64,000 nt of DNA from Eledone cirrhosa (GCA_964016885.1 OZ024760.1:13454001-13518000), one strand, 5' to 3'. Shown: positions 1 through 15,184, numbered from the stretch's first letter. Notes: generated from the sequence alone by a model not told the origin. Numbers and translations: made by a program.

Positions 1-967
1 AACAGACAGTCACTCTTCTTTTCTTACACTCACACATTCATAAACACACACATTTGTGTGTGTGTGTGTGGTGGGGTGTCCTATTAATCCTTTGATGAAG
101 GGATTACATCCCGAAATATATAGGGACCTAAAAGATGTTCTCCTGTCTTGACCCCGGTTTGACTTTATTTCATATATCATTGTGCAGGTATTAAGGAAAG
201 TCATTACAGAGATGTATTTTATAAGTACATATTGTAGATACACACACACACACATACACATACATGCAAATGCACACACACACACACAAATATACTTATT
301 GATACAAATGTATTTCTGTTTAATTATGAAATAGATGTTTGTAGTTAATTAACTAAGAAACCACTATAATGTACAAACAAGTCAAATAAAAAAAAACAGA
401 TTTTAATTCAATAATATTTCATCTAACATGAATAAGCATTACAAAAAACGTCTGTAAAATTCTCCTATAAAATTTATTGACAAAGATGACAATATTTAAC
501 TGGTTTAAACCTTACAAGAGATAAAAGGCTGTGTTTAATTAGCCGCAAGCATGGTCTCTAGAGAATGTTACACACAGAACAATTAGTAGCTTCTAGAAGA
601 TGCTATTGCCGAGTATAAGAAATATGGGACATGAAAAGGAACAATTCAATTATGGACTTTTAATTGACACTTCTCACTTCTCAAGTGTCGTATTAACACA
701 CACACATAAAATGTGATAAACACACAAGCATACACACATATATATATACATATATACATCTACATGGCCATAGCCACATGGAGATACACACCCTCCTCCT
801 CCACACATACAAGATTGTTGGATTGTGACTGATGGTGGTTCGGATTCCTGGATTCTTGGATTCTGCAAGCAAGGGTTGGACATATATATATATATACGCA
901 TGTATATATATATATATACGCATGTATATATATATATATATATATATATACACGTTTCTATATATAT

Positions 968-2415
<1,448 letters not shown>

Positions 2416-2450
2416 GTATATATATGTATATATATATATGTATATATATA

Positions 2451-2700
2451 GTAATAATAATAAAATTGAAGACTAAAATCCAAAGAGGGCTCGATAAGGA
2501 AAATATACATCAAATATATAAGAACCGTAGAGCAAATATTTATTAAAATAACAGATTAAAGTTTAAGCAAAGAATCGCTGCTTTCACCCTTAACGGGATC
2601 TTCTGAAACTCGTTTCAGAATTTCAGAGTTTCAGAAGATCCCGTTAAGGGTGAAAGCAGCGATTCTTTGCTTAAACTTTAATCTGTTATTTTAATAAATA
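2451..2700. mobile_element. Asymmetric fold-back element, family A (hammerhead-bearing, Penelope-like remnant)
   Basis: Inverted arms 2537-2611 and 2626-2700; the left arm has an extra 86 bp (2451-2536); TA-flanked. The same sequence occurs at 41128-41691, 32956-33010 and 33463-33519. Confidence 0.75.
2627..2677 (+). ncRNA. Type I hammerhead-like fold with variant core (mirror copy on - strand at 2560-2610)
   Basis: agttt-CAGAAGA-t-ccc/gttaa/ggg-t-GAAA-gca...tgc-TT-aaact: 5-bp stem I, stem II, stem III and a CUU site. The core has a U4A change. Confidence 0.5.
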
Positions 2701-2725
2701 TGTATATATATATATATATATATAT

Positions 2726-3822
2726 GTGTTTAGTGAGGAATTCCAAATACAAGTAGGAGTACATCAAGGTTCGGTCCTCAGCCTGCTCTTGTTCATTATA
2801 ATCCTCCAAGCCATAACAGAGGAGTTTAAGACTGGCTGTCCATGGGAACTTCTCTATGCTGACGATCTGGTTCTTATAGCAGAATCATTCTGGCTATGGA
2901 AACAGCAGTTGGAAGCAAGAGGACTCAGAGTGAATCTAGCTAAGACAAAAGTGTTGATGAGTAGAAAAGAGAACAAAACTCTGATTCCGTCAGGGAAATG
3001 GCCATGTTCGATATGCAGAAAAGGAACTGGCATAAATTCTATAAAATGCACACAATGCAGATCCTGGGTACACAAGAGATGTAGCGGGATAGCAGGCAAA
3101 CTAACAGGTAGGGAGAAATACGTATGCAGTAGATGTGCAGGGAAATTAGACAGTAGAAGTCGCATTGGTAGACACATTTTTCAAATGCAGGCGGGTGCTA
3201 TAGAAGTGGTGGATAGCTTCCGGTACCTAGGAGATCAGATTAGCATGGGAGGGGGCGTGTTCTGAGGCCATAGTATCTAGAATAAGGACGGGTTGGAAGA
3301 AGTTTAGGGAGCTGCTTCCTCTGCTGATGAAGAAGGGTCTCTCCCTGCGTACAAAAGGCCGGTTATATGATGCCTCTGTGAGGAGCGCGATGCTGCATGG
3401 TAGTGAGACATGGGGAGCAACCTCAGAGGATATGCGACGGTTGGAGAGAAATAAAGCAAGCATGCTCCCTTGGATGTGCAGTGTCAATGTGTGTGAATGA
3501 CCGAGCATGAATGTGTTGAGAGAGAAACTGTGTCTGAGAGGGATAGAATGTAGTGTACGGGAGAGGAGACTGAGGTGGTATGGACATGTGATGCGCATGG
3601 AGGATGACCGATGGGTGAAGAAGTGCCAGTTGAAGGAAGACGTGGTAGAGGTAGACCACGAAAAACATGGGCGGAGGTGGTGAGAACAGACCTCAGATCG
3701 CCGAAGCTCACGGTAGAGATGTCGAAGGATCGTGACAAGTGGAGAGATGCTGTGCTGAATAAGACCCGTCCCACCCTTGCAAGCAGGGAAAAGTGGACAT
3801 AAAATGATGATGATGATGATGA
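2726..3822 (+). mobile_element. 5'-truncated RTE-clade LINE, family RTE-1 (frameshifted)
   Basis: VGVHQGSVLS, ELLYADDL, a PHD-like Cys/His insert, FRYLG, ERRLRWYGHVMRM and GRPRKTW motifs; (GAT)n tail; TA-flanked. Confidence 0.92.
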
Positions 3823-3922
3823 TATACATGCGTATATATTATTCATATGAATAAATCTGTTTATACATAGACATTTATACACATACTTGTTAACATCTCT
3901 TTGTATATAGCCACACCTGTAG

Positions 3923-3968
<46 letters not shown>

Positions 3969-4828
3969 ATATTTATATATATATTTATATATTTATATAT
4001 ATATATTTATATATTTATATATATATATTTATATATATATATATATATTCAATGTCACCTTGAATAGTAACTTCATCAATTTCCATTCGTGACCATCAAC
4101 CAATTTATACCTAGTACCACACATGCTACAACACACACATGCATACACACACACTTACATACACACCTACACACTCACACACACACACACACACACTCAC
4201 ATACACACACTCACATACACACCTATACACTCACATACACACCCACACACTCACATACACACACACACACATACACTCACATACACACCCACACATGCAC
4301 ATGATTAATTTGTAAATGTTTATAGATGTTTCTGCAACATGTCTGCTAAATGGCAGTATTTTCACCCACATCCTCCCAAAACACTCGTATACATCATCAT
4401 CATGATCATCATCATCATCATCATCATTATTACTATTATTGTTATTATTTCTCTCTAAAAAAAAATAATAATGATAATAATACTAGAATTGAAGATAGAA
4501 AAACAACAACACAGACACACACATGAATGCACATACACACATACACACACACAACCACTGACACACTGACACACTGACACACACAACCACACACACAGAG
4601 ACACACAACCACACACACAGACACACAACCACTGACACACTGACACACACAACCACACACACAGACATGTACACAACCACAACCACACACACAACAACAT
4701 CCACAGAGACACACATGGCCAACTGACCATCCAAATGTAATCATTTATCTTAATAAATTTTGCAAGATGTCAACCTTTCATTACATTCCACTTTGCAAAC
4801 TTCTCACACTTTTCATTTCCATATATCA

Positions 4829-4903
<75 letters not shown>

Positions 4904-5186
4904 TTGGTTTGTTTGTGGTGATGTCTGGTGGAGTGTGGTGGTGGAGTGTGGTGGTGGTGTGTGGTGGTGGTGATGTGTGGTGATGGTGTGTGGTGTGTGT
5001 TTTTATTTACTTATATCACATATATATATATATATTTGGGGGTTTGTTTGTTGTTTTGGTCATTTGCTCATTACAATGTGTGTGTCTGGTGTGGTGGTGT
5101 GTGGTGGTGTGTGGTGGTGTGTGTGTGTGTGGTTTTCAAGTTGTGCTGCCTAAGCACAAACACTCCAATGTACTTTTATATATATA

Positions 5187-5374
5187 TCATCACCATTTTA
5201 CGTCAGATTTTCCCTGCTTGCAAGGGTGGGACAGGAACTGATTCTGGCTTGATTTCTACAACTGGATGCCCTTCCTAACACCAACCTCATTTACAGTGTG
5301 GGCTGGGTGCTTTTTTTCCATGGCAGCTACTCGACCACTTTGCCAATGCTCTAACCACTAAGCCATGTGCCTCC
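5187..5374 (-). mobile_element. Internally deleted SINE family 1 copy
   Basis: Head ggaggcacatggcttagtggttagagc is joined to the 3' portion shared with the full copies at 18793, 33096, 35525 and 45493. Confidence 0.75.
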
Positions 5375-5398
5375 ATGTGTATATATATATATATATAC

Positions 5399-5566
5399 AC
5401 TGTAAATGTGGTTGGTGTTAGGAAGGGCATCCAACTGTAGAAAACCCACCAGACAGTCCTATGCGAGCAAGACAACCACTCTTGCCTCAAGTGGGAAAAC
5501 CCCCGTCCAAACCCATGCAAGCGTGGAACACGGATGCTAAACCTGATGATGATGATGATGATGATG
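5399..5566 (+). mobile_element. 3'-terminal fragment of RTE-2 family
   Basis: Near-identical to 42217-42387; ends in (GAT)n then (TA)n. Confidence 0.8.
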
Positions 5567-6391
5567 ATATATATATATATATGCAGGCACACATATATAT
5601 CTGGTCATCTGGTTCCTCCAGCTTCAGTTCACATTGTAAAATGGTTGTGTTGCTGACAAAACAAAAAGCACCCAGCTCACCCTGTAAATGTGGTTGGTGT
5701 TAGGAAGGGCATCCAGCCATAGAAGCCAAGCTAGAAACAGTTCTCTATGAGCAAGACTTGGTCATCTGATCTGACTTGTCTCACAACAGGGCACCTCGTC
5801 TAACCCATGCCAGTGTGGAAATATCGACGTTAGATGGTGGTAATGATGATGACTCTACGATACAAAGACTGGGAAGACTACAAATTAGTGTAGTATTCAA
5901 TATTCAATCCGCCCCTCTCTCTCTATATATATATATATATACCTACTTTTCACTTTTCATTATCTACTTCTTCAAACTATACACAGTTGCCTTTTCCAGT
6001 TGTCTCAGATAAAATGCTGCAATATTGGAGATAATACAACTTTGGAAATGAACCCCACCACCACCACCACCACAACAAAACCCATCAACATAAATAAACA
6101 TGACATAAGATAAAATAAAATACAACAATAACAACAGATAACTAAACAAATAATGAATCTGTTAAATAAAGTCCCACGAGGGGATTCAGTATTTGAAATA
6201 CCACAGAAAATGCCTCCTCTTTCACTGCCCCCCCCCCCCCCCCCCACGGGCCTACATCACCTTCACCACCCCCCCCCCCCCCACCAAATAAACAGATTTA
6301 GTGTCAAAATCAATCAAGTTTTAACAACAAATTGGTTTTCCAAATTTTGTTCTGTTGTTTACCAACGTAACACAATGGCTGTGTTGGGGTG

Positions 6392-6528
6392 AGAAGAAGA
6401 AGAAGAAGAAGAAGAAGAAGAAGAAGAAGAAGAAGAAGAAGAAGAAGAAGAAGAAGAAGAAGAAGAAGAAGAAGAAGAAGAAGAAGAAGAAGAAGAAGAA
6501 GAAGAAGAAGAAGAAGAAGAAGAAGAAG
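6392..6528 (+). repeat. (AAG)n microsatellite
   Basis: Pure trinucleotide array of about 45 units. Confidence 0.97.
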
Positions 6529-8132
6529 ACCAACAACAACAATGACAAACGAATAAATAAATTTACAAAAATAGAGATAAAAGAAAGCAAACAAAATACA
6601 AACAAAAAAGCCAATTCTACTAAACACAGCTTAAAACAACAACTGTAAATACCAGCAACAAGAAACAACAAAAACTGTTTTAATTTACTTTAAGAGAGAA
6701 AAAAACGGCAAAAGATTCAGAAAAATCTTTCTCAAGTCTTAAATATATTGTTTTCCATGGTCATTCCACAAGTGTTAGCTTAGATTTAATCAACATGGCC
6801 ATGTGCTTAGAAAGTTTTCTGTGCAATTATGGGGTTGATGGTTAGATCGCATTGCATGTCATCTTGAGGAAGTGTTGTTTATCATAGTCTCAGGTCAATG
6901 CAAGCTTTGTGAATGAAACTTGAAACCCCAGGTTCAATCCTAATGCATGGCACCTTGGGTTAGTAACATTTGCTATAGCTTCAGCTTAACCAAAACCTTT
7001 TCAATGAAACTGGGTAGAAGGAAACTATTTGGAACCAAGGCATATGGATTAATAATAAATTTTGTTCATTGACTAAATTCCTCAAAGTTCTTGATAATGT
7101 TCGAAATTATTTGAAAACATTCTCAGCAGAGTTGTTACATAAGAAAACAGCTCAGAGGTGGTTGATAGTGATATGGCCACCACATATGATGGTTAGTTAC
7201 GATATAAGTGGGAACCTACTCGATCAATAACCAAACCCTGGAGCAACAGCAGTAAACTGTTAGGAGAGATGAAGCAATGGGTGACAGATTTGAAAAGATA
7301 GGCAGTATATTTCACAAGAAATATACTGCCTATGAATGGGTTAATCCTTTTGTCAAAGTATTTCAAATGAATTACATTCTATTTCAATTAATTAATGAAG
7401 AATTTTAAGGAGTTTAATAAAATTATTAATTATTTCATTACTAAGAGAGTAACTTAACATGGTTCTTATATAAAATTATATTCTGGTGGTGCTGGTGTTC
7501 TTGTTGGCAGTTATGGTGGTAATGGTGGTGGTGTTGGTGATGGTGGTGGTGTATTTGATGAGCCGGGAAAAGATTGCTCTAGCACAAGGTCCCCTTATGT
7601 GTGGAGCACAACCAGGAGCAATAAGTCCAATTGGCTTAAGTCCTGCCCCGCCCTATCTTACTCTGCTCTGGGAGGAAGACATACAACCAGTTTGGACATG
7701 AATGGCTGAAGAAGGAATAACAGAAGAGACTGGGAGTGGGTTACATCTGGCAGTGGACTGCTTTAGGCTTAAGATGTAAAATAAAAAGGTCAATCACCTA
7801 TAAATTGATTAGGTTTAAACCTTTTAATAGCATTGTAACAGCTGTACTGGAATTTTACTATCACAGAACTATCTATTGTCCTTTTAAGGCAATTTCCTAG
7901 CAGCCATTTTGTATCAGTTTTTTTTTTTGTTATTATTTATATTATTTTGATGTATTTTATTTATTTTGTAAAAAGGGGAGATCTCCCAATCACCATCCTA
8001 GTCAGCCAATCACCATTATAGTCAATTAGTTGACACGTAACAAAGTAACTTGGAAAATGTTGCCACACATTGAATAATTGATGCCATTAAGATATTAGGT
8101 AAATGAGAGAGAGAGTGTGTGTGTGAGAAAGA

Positions 8133-8168
<36 letters not shown>

Positions 8169-8257
8169 AGAGAGAGAGAGAGCTCCTTCTGTCATAAAAT
8201 TACAGTCTCTTAAGTTCATCACTATATTAATTCTTTCACATTTTAACTCCATCTATT

Positions 8258-8299
<42 letters not shown>

Positions 8300-8350
8300 G
8301 CGTGTATGTGTATGTGTATATCATTACACACACACACACTCATATATATA

Positions 8351-8668
8351 AGAAAATGAGGGTTTTTTTAAAAAGGAGATGACCCACACGGGTGAAAGTA
8401 TAATGAAAAGAAAATGAAAATGCAACTGGGGTCTTTTAAGAATATTTATTTATTTACTGGTTTCGCAGTTCTTATGATTTTCAAAAGTAAAATTGAGAGG
8501 GTTTGTGTTTCTGTTGTGGTTTGTCTTGCATCTGATGTGAGACAAACCACAACAGAAACACAAACCCTCCATTACAATTTTACTTTCGAAAATCATAAGA
8601 ACGGTGAAACAGGTAAATAAATAAATATTCTTAACAGACTCCAGTTGCATTTTCATTTTCTTTTCCTT
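8351..8668. mobile_element. Asymmetric fold-back element, family H
   Basis: Imperfect inverted arms of about 120 bp (8405-8526 and 8540-8665); extra ~54 bp on the left; ctgatg sits in the central spacer and each arm carries GAAAC-NN-GTA. Confidence 0.6.
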
Positions 8669-10136
8669 ACATACACATATATATAGATGTGTGTGTAGTA
8701 TAAGACCGTTGTCTAGTGTGCTGCACATTGGGACCAAGCCTGAAACCACTTGCTGCTAAACACTTCTTAACTACACTATAGTAGTAGTTGTTGTCAGACG
8801 ATGTTATAATCTAGCACTCTGTTTTGACTTTGATCTGTGCACTAGATATCACAGATTCTAAAATCACAGAAGAAGACAACAACAACAATGGCAATAACAC
8901 CAAGAAAAGACAGAAAAACAAAAAGGAACAACGAATGTTTTAAATGTGTGATGCCAAGCTTAGGGAAACGATGTTGTGTGAAAGCTGTCCTGATACCTAA
9001 CTATTGGATTCCAGCTGGCGTTAACACTTCAGCCATAATTGAAGAAGTTCTTATATCGACTTTAATGATTTCTGCATACCATGATAGTCATTTTGACGCC
9101 AACATACCTTTCAAAGGAAGGAGCTTTCTGTCTGTTGATGAAGGAGCAGATATCTACTTTTGATAGCACAGAAGGTGGATTAAATTTATAGATAACTTAA
9201 GCTTTGCATTAAAACTCTTTTGTGATGTATTCTTTGTCATTGCGTAAGTTGTTATTCTCCCTGAAAACTGATTTGTTTTTCCATTAAAGCTATCAATCCT
9301 TTACTTTAGTTGACTACAAACTAACGAGGAAGGATGAATGGAATTCACTCGACCTGCTAGAAATAGCAATGAAATTCTTACCTAATCACATCCTTCAACA
9401 CTTTGGATACTAACCTGGAAAAAATCATTTCTATGATATAAAACCAACCATTTTAAAATGTTCCTATTTAATATTTTTGATAGCAACCTGTTCTGCAAAA
9501 CAAAACCAATCATTTAAATGCTAAAGGGCTAAAGATAATAATTTCTTTTTTCTCCAAACAATTTTGGGAGGCTTGAAAAGAACAAAACGAAACAAAAAAC
9601 TATATAAAAAAACCCATACAAAGCAAGGTCAAAAATTAATCTAAAAAATAAACAAAAACAGTCATTTTTCATGAGTATTGTGAAAAGTAAGAAAAGGTGA
9701 GATTTACCATCCGTTTCATTCAAAGAAGACAAATAGAAGGCGGGGGAGAGTAATAATATGACAGATTTTTAATGTTTTTGAATGCTACAATCTAAAGCAC
9801 AGCCATAACACACAACATACATCACATCTATTATGTAGGCTTGGATAGTTATTGTTATATGAAATATAAATATTTCATAAACCAGCTGGTTAGATCATAA
9901 AATAACAACTTTTATATTCCTCTAGGCTGTTTATATTGTATTATTGTGATGTACAGACACACACAGACTGACACACACACATACATACATACATGCACAC
10001 ATACACACATACAGACACACACATACAGACACACACACCCTCACACACACACACACACACACTTATATATATATTTGTATGAAACAATATCTGTAAAGAT
10101 TTTACTACTACTAACTACTACTATTACTGCTACTGC

Positions 10137-10169
<33 letters not shown>

Positions 10170-10414
10170 TACCACCACCACCACCACCAAAAGTAATAAT
10201 AATAATAGTGTTGTTTTATTATAAAACAACATCAATGCTAATGTGATATTAAATGGTAAAGATATGATAACAAAGATGTTGGGATGTTATCTTGGAGTTG
10301 TTCAAAAGTCTTTAATATTTCAAGGTAAAATCCCTTTGTCAAAAGAAGAGTTGAAGAAAGTAATTCTGAGCAGGATATCATCTTGTGTAATTCTTATTCT
10401 GCCATTTATAATAA

Positions 10415-10780
10415 TTGTTTCTACTTTAGGCACAAGGCCAGCAATTAATTACCCAGTGCATTACTGGTACTTTATTTTATCAACCCCGTAAGGATGAAAG
10501 GCAAAGTCAACCTTGGCGGGATTTGAACTCAGATCGTAAAGGGACGTAACTATGCTGGAAAGCATGGCATCCGACCCTCTACTGATACTGCCAATGGTTT
10601 CTACTTTAGGCACAAGGCAAGCAATTTGAAGGGGATGGGAAAGTCGATTAAATCGACCCCAGTACATTACTGGTACTTTATTTTATTGACCCTGTAATGG
10701 ATGAAAGGCAAAGCTAACCTCAGCAGAGTTTGAACTCAGAACATAAAGGGCCATAACTATATCCTGCAAAGCATCGGCTT
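10415..10780 (-). mobile_element. Two tandem copies of tRNA-derived SINE family 2
   Basis: Each copy reads ggcagtatc/...gagttcaaa (box A/B-like), then gcctttcatcc..ggtcgataaaataaagtaccag, then gccttgtgcctaaagtagaaac. Confidence 0.8.
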
Positions 10781-11400
10781 TGAGAATGAATAATAATAAA
10801 TATCAAAATGATTAAAAGTTAAAATTAGGCAATAATTGGACATATGTCAATAACTTGCAGGGTTTCTATATTAATGTACAACAGGCTGGGAATATCGACT
10901 AACATTGATTTGCTCAAATAATAACTTTTGACATCTTGGAATGAAGTTAGTAGAACATTGCCTAAAAACATGTTTGTTAATTCAAATGTTTGTAGATCTT
11001 TACTGGTGGACAGATCGTTATGAATAGTTGCAGTATAAGAGTAAAAACTTTAATTTTTAATATGATCCTCCTACAGGGAATTGGTGTGGCGCTTTAGGGG
11101 CTGACCTGTCTCCCCTATTAGAGAATGGATGTGACACTTTCTAGATAGCCTAAATTCCCTAGCAGGGATGTCCTCAGTCCTCTTCCAACACCAGGGGACC
11201 TTGTTTATGTATATTTGTTAATGACAATCAATGAAAGACAAATATCCATTCTGTCCATTTTGTACTTTGTAATAAAACATTTTGTCAACATAATCAATAA
11301 AACAGTGAAACATATTCTAGAATATGGACAAACTACTTCAACTAGTGACATAAATCTCTTGATAGCCAGGAAAATCTTTGTAAATTACTATTATGTGTGC

Positions 11401-11456
<56 letters not shown>

Positions 11457-11580
11457 ACGCACACACACATATATATATATATGTATGTGTGTATGCAAAA
11501 GGTAAACAGAAACAACAAGACAAACAACACAGTACAATAAATAAATATATTAGTTTAACACTTGATATAGTAGGAAAGGG

Positions 11581-11616
11581 TCTTTACATTTCGGACACTG
11601 GTCCTTCATCAGAAGA
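11581..11616 (-). ncRNA. Minimal type I hammerhead ribozyme motif
   Basis: Minus strand: tctt-CTGATGA-a-GGAC-cagt-GTCC-GAAA-tg-TA-aaga. Stem I is tctt/aaga and stem II is 4 bp. Confidence 0.65.
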
Positions 11617-12382
11617 TAGAATGAAAGGTTTTGCTGTGAGATGAGCTCAGCGTGGCCAACTGGTCAGTCCCTCCTCATAAGGGTACCATACAGTTCCATA
11701 CTGTAAATGTGGTTGGTGTTAGGAAGGGCCATCCAGTTGTAAAATCCCTGGCCAAATTTACAGTCCTGTTGGAGAAAGGTATGATGTAGCCAATTCTGGC
11801 CAGACATGTCTCTCGTCGTGAATGACCTGTTTGACTCATGCAAGCATGGAAAATGGATGCTAAACGATGATGATGATGATATATATTTTTTTTCCAATAA
11901 TATCTTATAATTAGTTTTCTTGTCATGTTTCCAATATTGTGTTATTAATTTATCACTGTAAAACAGCAACATTGGGGAGGTGGAGGTCAGGTCAGGGGAG
12001 ATGTTCTACAGGGGACAGCATTGCTCACCCAGATGTACCCCCGAGATATGACACAGTGATTGGGAATTAAATTCACTGCTTGCAAATTAATTTTAAAATC
12101 CAATCAGGTTTAAACTTAAATTTTTAATAATGTAGCATTTGTGAAATTCTAATATAATTTCTAACAAAAAAACTGTTGGTGGGGTGGTGGTGGTGAAGGG
12201 GAGAGGGATATTTAAAAAAAGAAAAAATGAAATAAAAGAAATCAAAATTTCTGGAAATATCGAAATTTTATATTTTGAGGTAGGTTAGGAGTGATTTTTT
12301 GGGGTGCAAGATGACTGGATTTGTGAGATAATACAAATAGTGTCGCAAAAATCGAATAATAATGATAACAATAATAATAATA

Positions 12383-12481
12383 ATTGTTTCTACTTTTGGC
12401 ACAAGGCCAGCAATTACCCAGTGCATTACTGGTACTTTATTTTATCGACCCCGTAAGGATGAAAGGCAAAGTTAACCTCGA
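12383..12481 (-). mobile_element. SINE family 2, 3' half
   Basis: Matches 10415-10515; flanked by (AAT)n. Confidence 0.8.
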
Positions 12482-12692
12482 ACAATAATAATAATAATAA
12501 TAATAATAAAGAAAGCAAGAAGATTGAAAACTAATTTTTCTTTTTTTCATTTAATATTAAAATCTGTGTTAGACAGATGATAAATTTAAAAAACGTTTGC
12601 TAAACAGTATATATATGTCTCTGAACAGCCAACATGGTGTGTAGGTGCTGTTAGTATGTGCCAAGAACAGATGTTAAATGATATATATGTAT

Positions 12693-12968
12693 ATCATCAT
12701 CATTATCATCACCGTTTTACGTCCGTTCTTCCACGTTAACATGGGTTAGACGGGTTGTCCTGTTGTGAGCAGTGTCCAGTTGGCTGACCTTGTCTTGCTC
12801 GTACAGGAACTGATTTTGGCTTGATTTCTACAGTTGGATGCCCTTCCTAACATCAACCTCATTTACAGTGAGTGCTGGGTGCTTTTTTCCGTGGCACCTA
12901 CACGTTTGCTTTACAGTGTGGGCTGGGTGCTTTTTTGCCATGGCACCTCTACGACCACTTTGCAGTGG
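12693..12968 (-). mobile_element. SINE family 1-related 3' portion with RTE-type tail
   Basis: Contains ggatgcccttcctaacatcaacctcatttacagtgagtgctgggtgc and a (GAT)n tail. Confidence 0.7.
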
Positions 12969-13389
12969 GGAGGGGGACATATTATCTATATGCTTCAGCA
13001 TATATATATATACAGATATTAACCCATCTCAGACAGATGATATATTTTAAAAGTTTGATAGCTATTGTATATTTCTTAACATACATAGCTACTGATAGTG
13101 TGTATGTGTGTAATTATAGACATGTACCGTGTGGTTAAACCACTGGGAGTGAAGGACTCCTAGCCTTTGTCAGGGCATTCTTCTTGGAGAGGGCAACTCA
13201 GGAAACTGGGATAACTCTGATATAAAACCTGTGGCTCAGTAGTTACCGATGATGTTGATCTTTTCTTCTTTTCGGGTTATAGCTACTGTCGCTCAGAGAG
13301 TGGGATTGGCTCAGTGCACAGTCTTTCCTCACTTTAAAAAATATCTTCACGCACAGGCATTGCACGATAGAATTAGTTAATAATTATTA

Positions 13390-13545
13390 ATTTTTTCTAC
13401 TTTTGCCACAAGGCCAGCAATTATCCCAGTGTATTACTGGTACTTTATTTTATTAACCCCGTAAGGTTGAAAGGCAAAGTTAACCCATAAAGGGCCATAA
13501 CTCTTTGCTGCAAAGCATGGCGTCCGACCTACTGATACTGCCAAT
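13390..13545 (-). mobile_element. SINE family 2 copy (internally deleted)
   Basis: Same head and tail as 10415-10594. Confidence 0.75.
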
Positions 13546-13714
13546 CCAATGGCCATACACAATGACGAGGAGGCAGCCAACATATACATATATGAGGGGC
13601 TGCTGAAAAGTTCCTGGCTTGATTGCTGCAACAGAGACCTGGTTGGAAGCCTAACCTTCAATAACAACCACAACACTAACACCAATAACACCACAACTAC
13701 CATCACCAGCAATT

Positions 13715-14100
13715 ACCACCACCACCGCCACTACCACCAACACTACACCACCACCAATCACTATACCCACACTACACCACCACCACCAGCATCAACCACT
13801 ATACCCACACTACACCACCACCACCACCACCAACCACTATACCCACACTACACCACCACCTCCCCCACCAACCACTATACCCACACTACACCACCACCAC
13901 TATACCCACACTACACCACCACCACCACCACAACCAACCACTATACCCACACTACACTACACCACCATCAATCACTACCACCAACCACTATATCAACACT
14001 ACACCACCATTAATCACTACCACAAACAACAACAGCAACACTATACCAACATTAATCACCACCATCACCACAACCACCACCACCACCACCACCAACACCA
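13715..14100 (+). repeat. CAC-rich minisatellite (ccactatacccacactacaccacca units)
   Basis: Repeated unit embedded in (ACC)n. Confidence 0.85.
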
Positions 14101-14536
14101 ACAGCTATAAAATAGACACCATATATAACTGGAAGAACATCATTTTAACAAGTTATTAAAAAGATATTTTCCTTCCTTCTTTCTCTGGCAATGTTTTAAA
14201 CAAGAGATTAATTTCAGAAATTCTATTGACTTCCCAACCTCTCCTACCTTATTAAAGCCACGGTAAGCTAGATTCCTCATTATACAACATCTTATTAACT
14301 AAACAAGTCTTGAAATAAAAGAAGCTGCCAGAAAATATGGTCAAATAAAGAAGGAAAGACAGAAGGAAAGAGAGAGAATGAAGAAGAAAAGAACATTTTT
14401 TTTTGTTCCTATTTATAATTTATTGCATTGTTTTGTTTTGTGGTGTTATTTGTCGTCCATTGTTGTGTTGTAGTTTTACATATATATATGTATACACAAA
14501 TATATATATATATATATATACACAAATATATATATA

Positions 14537-14743
14537 TCATCATCATCATACATCCGCTTTTCCCTGCAAGGGTGGGACGGGAACTGATTCTGGCTTGATT
14601 TCTACAGCTGGATGCCCTTCCTAACACCAACCTCATTTACAGTAAGTGCTGGGTGCTTTTTTTCCGTGGCACCTACACGACCACTTTGCAGCTGAGTAAA
14701 CTGGAGCAATGGGAAATAAAGTGTCTTGCTCAAGGAAACAACA
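14537..14743 (-). mobile_element. Truncated SINE family 1 copy
   Basis: Matches the 3' part of the full copies; TA-flanked. Confidence 0.8.
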
Positions 14744-15135
14744 TATATATATGTATATATGTGTGTTATATATATATGTATATATATAATATATATACAT
14801 ATACATATATGTATGCACATTCACACTTGCAAATATATGTATACATACACAGATGCATACAAACACATTTATACATCTGTGTGTGAGGGAGTGTACATGT
14901 GTGGGTGTATATGTGTAGGTGTATATGAGAGTGTATAGAGGATGTATATGTGTTTCAACAACGCTAGTTGTAATGAAACTATATATCAAAGTCAAACTGT
15001 TTCTTAATAATACCATAATGGTGTCATTTCTCCTCTCTAGATTAATGATAGGCTTACAGTGTGTGTGTATATATATATACATGTATACTTTATATACATA
15101 CATATATACTTTATATACATACATATATACTTTAT

Positions 15136-15184
<49 letters not shown>

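Noticed and set aside
6310-6671. Poly-K/L/F ORFs
   Set aside because: They are the (AAG)n microsatellite.
9114-9263. Possible minus-strand exon (tttcag ... ag|gtatgt)
   Set aside because: Stops occur in all three frames between the candidate splice sites.
13591-13622. Mariner-like TIR fragment tatgaggggctgctgaaaagttcc
   Set aside because: Only one end was found; insufficient to call an element.
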